DNA of 38,826 bases from a virus. Of the stretch, positions 37,051 to 38,826 are shown in pieces. The DNA lies in IMG/VR virus record IMGVR_UViG_3300029541_000013, positions 1 to 38,826 of that record; one strand, given 5' to 3'. The notes under the pieces are model-generated. The model was not told the origin of the DNA and searched no databases. It worked only from the letters and a program-made list of their open reading frames with translations. The first letter of the stretch is position 1. Every line of letters starts with the position of its first letter. Position numbers and translations under genes: made by a program.

Positions 37051-38110
37051 TAAATATTACGTCGGCGGCGACATTACAAGCTTTGCCGACAATGGCAAGT
37101 ATAAGCCTATTTCCCGTGTGACGCTGCTTGTGGACGACGAAAATAGCCTGACAGCGGGCGATGATACCGGCATGGAAGTTATCGCAAGTTGCCCTCACGC
37201 CACACAGCCAATGGTAAACGCTTTATTGCAAACCATGAAAGGCTACCAGTATCAGGCATACGAAGCAGGCGCGGCAAACATCGATCCAGCGGCAGAGCTG
37301 GGCGACGGCGTGACGGTTGGTGGCATTTATTCGCCGCTGTCTAAACTTTCTGATGATGGGCGCGGATACGCGGGTATTTCTTCCCCCGGAGAAGCAGAGA
37401 TGGAAGACGAATACCCGGCTGAGGGGTACATCACACAGGAGTTCAACCGCAAGATTGCCGAAACACGCTCAACTATCACCAAGACCAGCGAGGAGATCAT
37501 GCTCAAGGTCGAGGGCATCGACGGCAAATACACCGAGGTCAAAACCACGCTGGACGGCCTGACGGTGACGGATGCGAGCGGCACGACCAAAATCAACGGC
37601 AGCAGTATCAAGACGGACAATTTGTACGTTGCTGCGGCAAATATCAAGGGTACGCTGACGGCTGACCAAATCCAGACCGGCAGCATCCGCGTCGGCGATC
37701 TCAAGGACGGCTCGAACTACGCAACGAAAACCTATGTCGACAACAACGCGGGCCTGAGCGCAAGCGAGGTCGACAGCGCTATTGAGACGTACATTGACGA
37801 GACGAGCATCACGGCGGAAAAGCTGCGCGGGCGCACAGTCGAATTGTTGGCAAGCAGCAATCAATCCATCGGCAGTATCGAGCTTGCTTACACAACGACC
37901 GGTTACGGCATTGCCATCAATACGACGTATGGCGGCATTCAGCTTAATTCTGGAGGCAAGATTTACCTTTCTGCCTATGACGGCGCATTTATTACGCTAA
38001 GCGATGTTGTATCTCTTGGCGGCGGGCCGCTGCTGGTAGGTTCGAAAATGTACGGCTCAAAGCTCCCAAGCAACCCACAGTACGGTCAACTGTTCTTCCT
38101 TTTGCAGTGA
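37043..38110 (+). CDS. Tail fibre / minor structural protein
   Basis: TTG start after GGAGGGGTGAGG. A central coiled coil and a beta-rich C-terminus. Confidence 0.75.
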   Translation: MSDKYYVGGDITSFADNGKYKPISRVTLLVDDENSLTAGDDTGMEVIASCPHATQPMVNALLQTMKGYQYQAYEAGAANIDPAAELGDGVTVGGIYSPLSKLSDDGRGYAGISSPGEAEMEDEYPAEGYITQEFNRKIAETRSTITKTSEEIMLKVEGIDGKYTEVKTTLDGLTVTDASGTTKINGSSIKTDNLYVAAANIKGTLTADQIQTGSIRVGDLKDGSNYATKTYVDNNAGLSASEVDSAIETYIDETSITAEKLRGRTVELLASSNQSIGSIELAYTTTGYGIAINTTYGGIQLNSGGKIYLSAYDGAFITLSDVVSLGGGPLLVGSKMYGSKLPSNPQYGQLFFLLQ

Positions 38111-38118
38111 GGTGACGC

Positions 38119-38544
38119 ATGGCACGATTTTACTGCACGCTCTCACCGGTGGATGGAGACGGAACGAAGCTCGAAGTCTATGCCAAATTCACGGGAGGCG
38201 CAGATGATTACAGCTATAAGCGCTCTATTGACGTGCGCGTCATCGGCGTTGGAACATTTGAGTTTACGTCAGCGGAAACGGGCGGCGGCACGAGTACGTT
38301 TTCGGGCTATATCACAGGGCTTTCCCCCGGCGAGCAGTACGAGTGGGTCTGCAATCTCTTCTACTGGAACGGCGATTGGACAGTCTCCGATTACAGCGAC
38401 GAGGGCACAGCTACGACGTATAGCGACAGCTCAAGCACTGCCGTATACATCAACAATCAAGCATACACCCCATACATTTACACCAACGGCTGGGACGCAT
38501 ACGACGCATACGTCTATACCGGCAGTTGGAACGTATCAGGATAG
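38119..38544 (+). CDS. Hypothetical tail-associated protein (beta-sandwich-like)
   Basis: RBS GAGGTGA. Tyr/Trp/Gly-rich beta-type sequence. Confidence 0.7.
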   Translation: MARFYCTLSPVDGDGTKLEVYAKFTGGADDYSYKRSIDVRVIGVGTFEFTSAETGGGTSTFSGYITGLSPGEQYEWVCNLFYWNGDWTVSDYSDEGTATTYSDSSSTAVYINNQAYTPYIYTNGWDAYDAYVYTGSWNVSG

Positions 38545-38555
38545 GAGTGATAGTG

Positions 38556-38762
38556 ATGGACAAAAACAAACTGCGGGAGCAGATCAACAGTGCATATGCC
38601 ATGATTACCGGCATCTATGTTAAGGGCAGCGAGGCTAAGCGCATGGCAATGGCGATGCAGAACCTCGAAAATGCCTTTGCCGAGTTGGACAAGCCGGACA
38701 AGCCGCCCGCCAAAGGGGGCAAGACGAATCCCGAGAAGGAAAGCGAGGTAACCGATGGCTGA
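38556..38762 (+). CDS. Small coiled-coil protein spanning the circular junction
   Basis: ATG 38556 after AGGAGTGA. Its last 35 nt are the same sequence as window positions 1-35. Its stop overlaps the fibre gene start (ATGGCTGA). Confidence 0.65.
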   Translation: MDKNKLREQINSAYAMITGIYVKGSEAKRMAMAMQNLENAFAELDKPDKPPAKGGKTNPEKESEVTDG

Positions 38763-38826
38763 TAAAGCAATTTCCGACCTCACCCAAGCAACACAGATCA
38801 CAGGCGAAGACCTTTTTGTCTTGCAG
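38728..38826. repeat. Terminal overlap copy 2 (identical to 1..99)
   Basis: Exact 99-nt repeat of the window start. It includes the first 72 nt of the collagen-like fibre gene. Confidence 0.95.

Larger units (their letters stand above)
1..38727. mobile_element. Complete temperate tailed-phage genome (siphovirus-type organisation), circularly closed assembly unit of 38,727 bp
   Basis: Contains integrase and HTH regulators, a recombination/replication module, TerS/TerL/portal/scaffold/capsid/tail/tape measure, fibres and a lysis cassette. The first 99 nt are repeated exactly at the end of the window. Confidence 0.9.

Overview
The window holds one complete, circularly closed genome of a temperate tailed phage with siphovirus-type gene order. 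Bases 1-99 recur exactly at 38728-38826, so the unique unit is 38,727 bp. I support about 74 protein genes. Nearly all are on the + strand and tightly packed, often with overlapping stop/start codons.

Gene order:
- 28-3603: host-recognition genes (collagen-repeat fibre, a W-x-R-S-P repeat protein, a CBM5/12-like protein).
- 3628-4933: lysis cassette (XhlA, two holin-like proteins, M15 endolysin).
- 4933-5250: a sigma region-4-like protein.
- 5336-7872: a terminator-punctuated six/seven-gene cargo cluster of unknown function.
- 7908-7949: candidate attP.
- 7948-11256: minus-strand lysogeny block (large serine recombinase, membrane-tethered HTH, CI-like HTH, coiled-coil Mrr-type nuclease).
- 11257-11521: switch region with two consensus promoters and two operator classes.
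- 11522-20873: early and replication genes. These include a Cro-like gene, a 3D-domain protein, YqaJ exonuclease, RecT, SSB, a DUF4373 replisome organiser with internal 21-bp iterons, G39P-like and DUF1064 proteins, several HTH proteins, a decayed PAPS-reductase-like gene and a Lar-type paralogue array.
- 20874-21888: about 1 kb with no credible ORFs, dense in hairpins, containing a non-canonical tRNA-like element.
- 21889-38762: packaging, head and tail genes. Two AT-richer insertions interrupt them: an RHH, endonuclease-like and DUF4417 block at 24930-26984, and a self-contained minus-strand DUF4352 moron at 33335-34021.

All family names come from motifs I read in the translated ORFs, not from database searches. 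The gene families suggest a Bacillota, probably clostridial, host; that is inference only.

Most worth follow-up:
1. The ORF-free structured region and its odd tRNA-like element.
2. The coiled-coil Mrr-type nuclease that leads the repressor operon.
3. The cargo cluster beside attP, which contains a BclA-C-terminal-domain-like protein.
4. The apparently convergent promoter switch.
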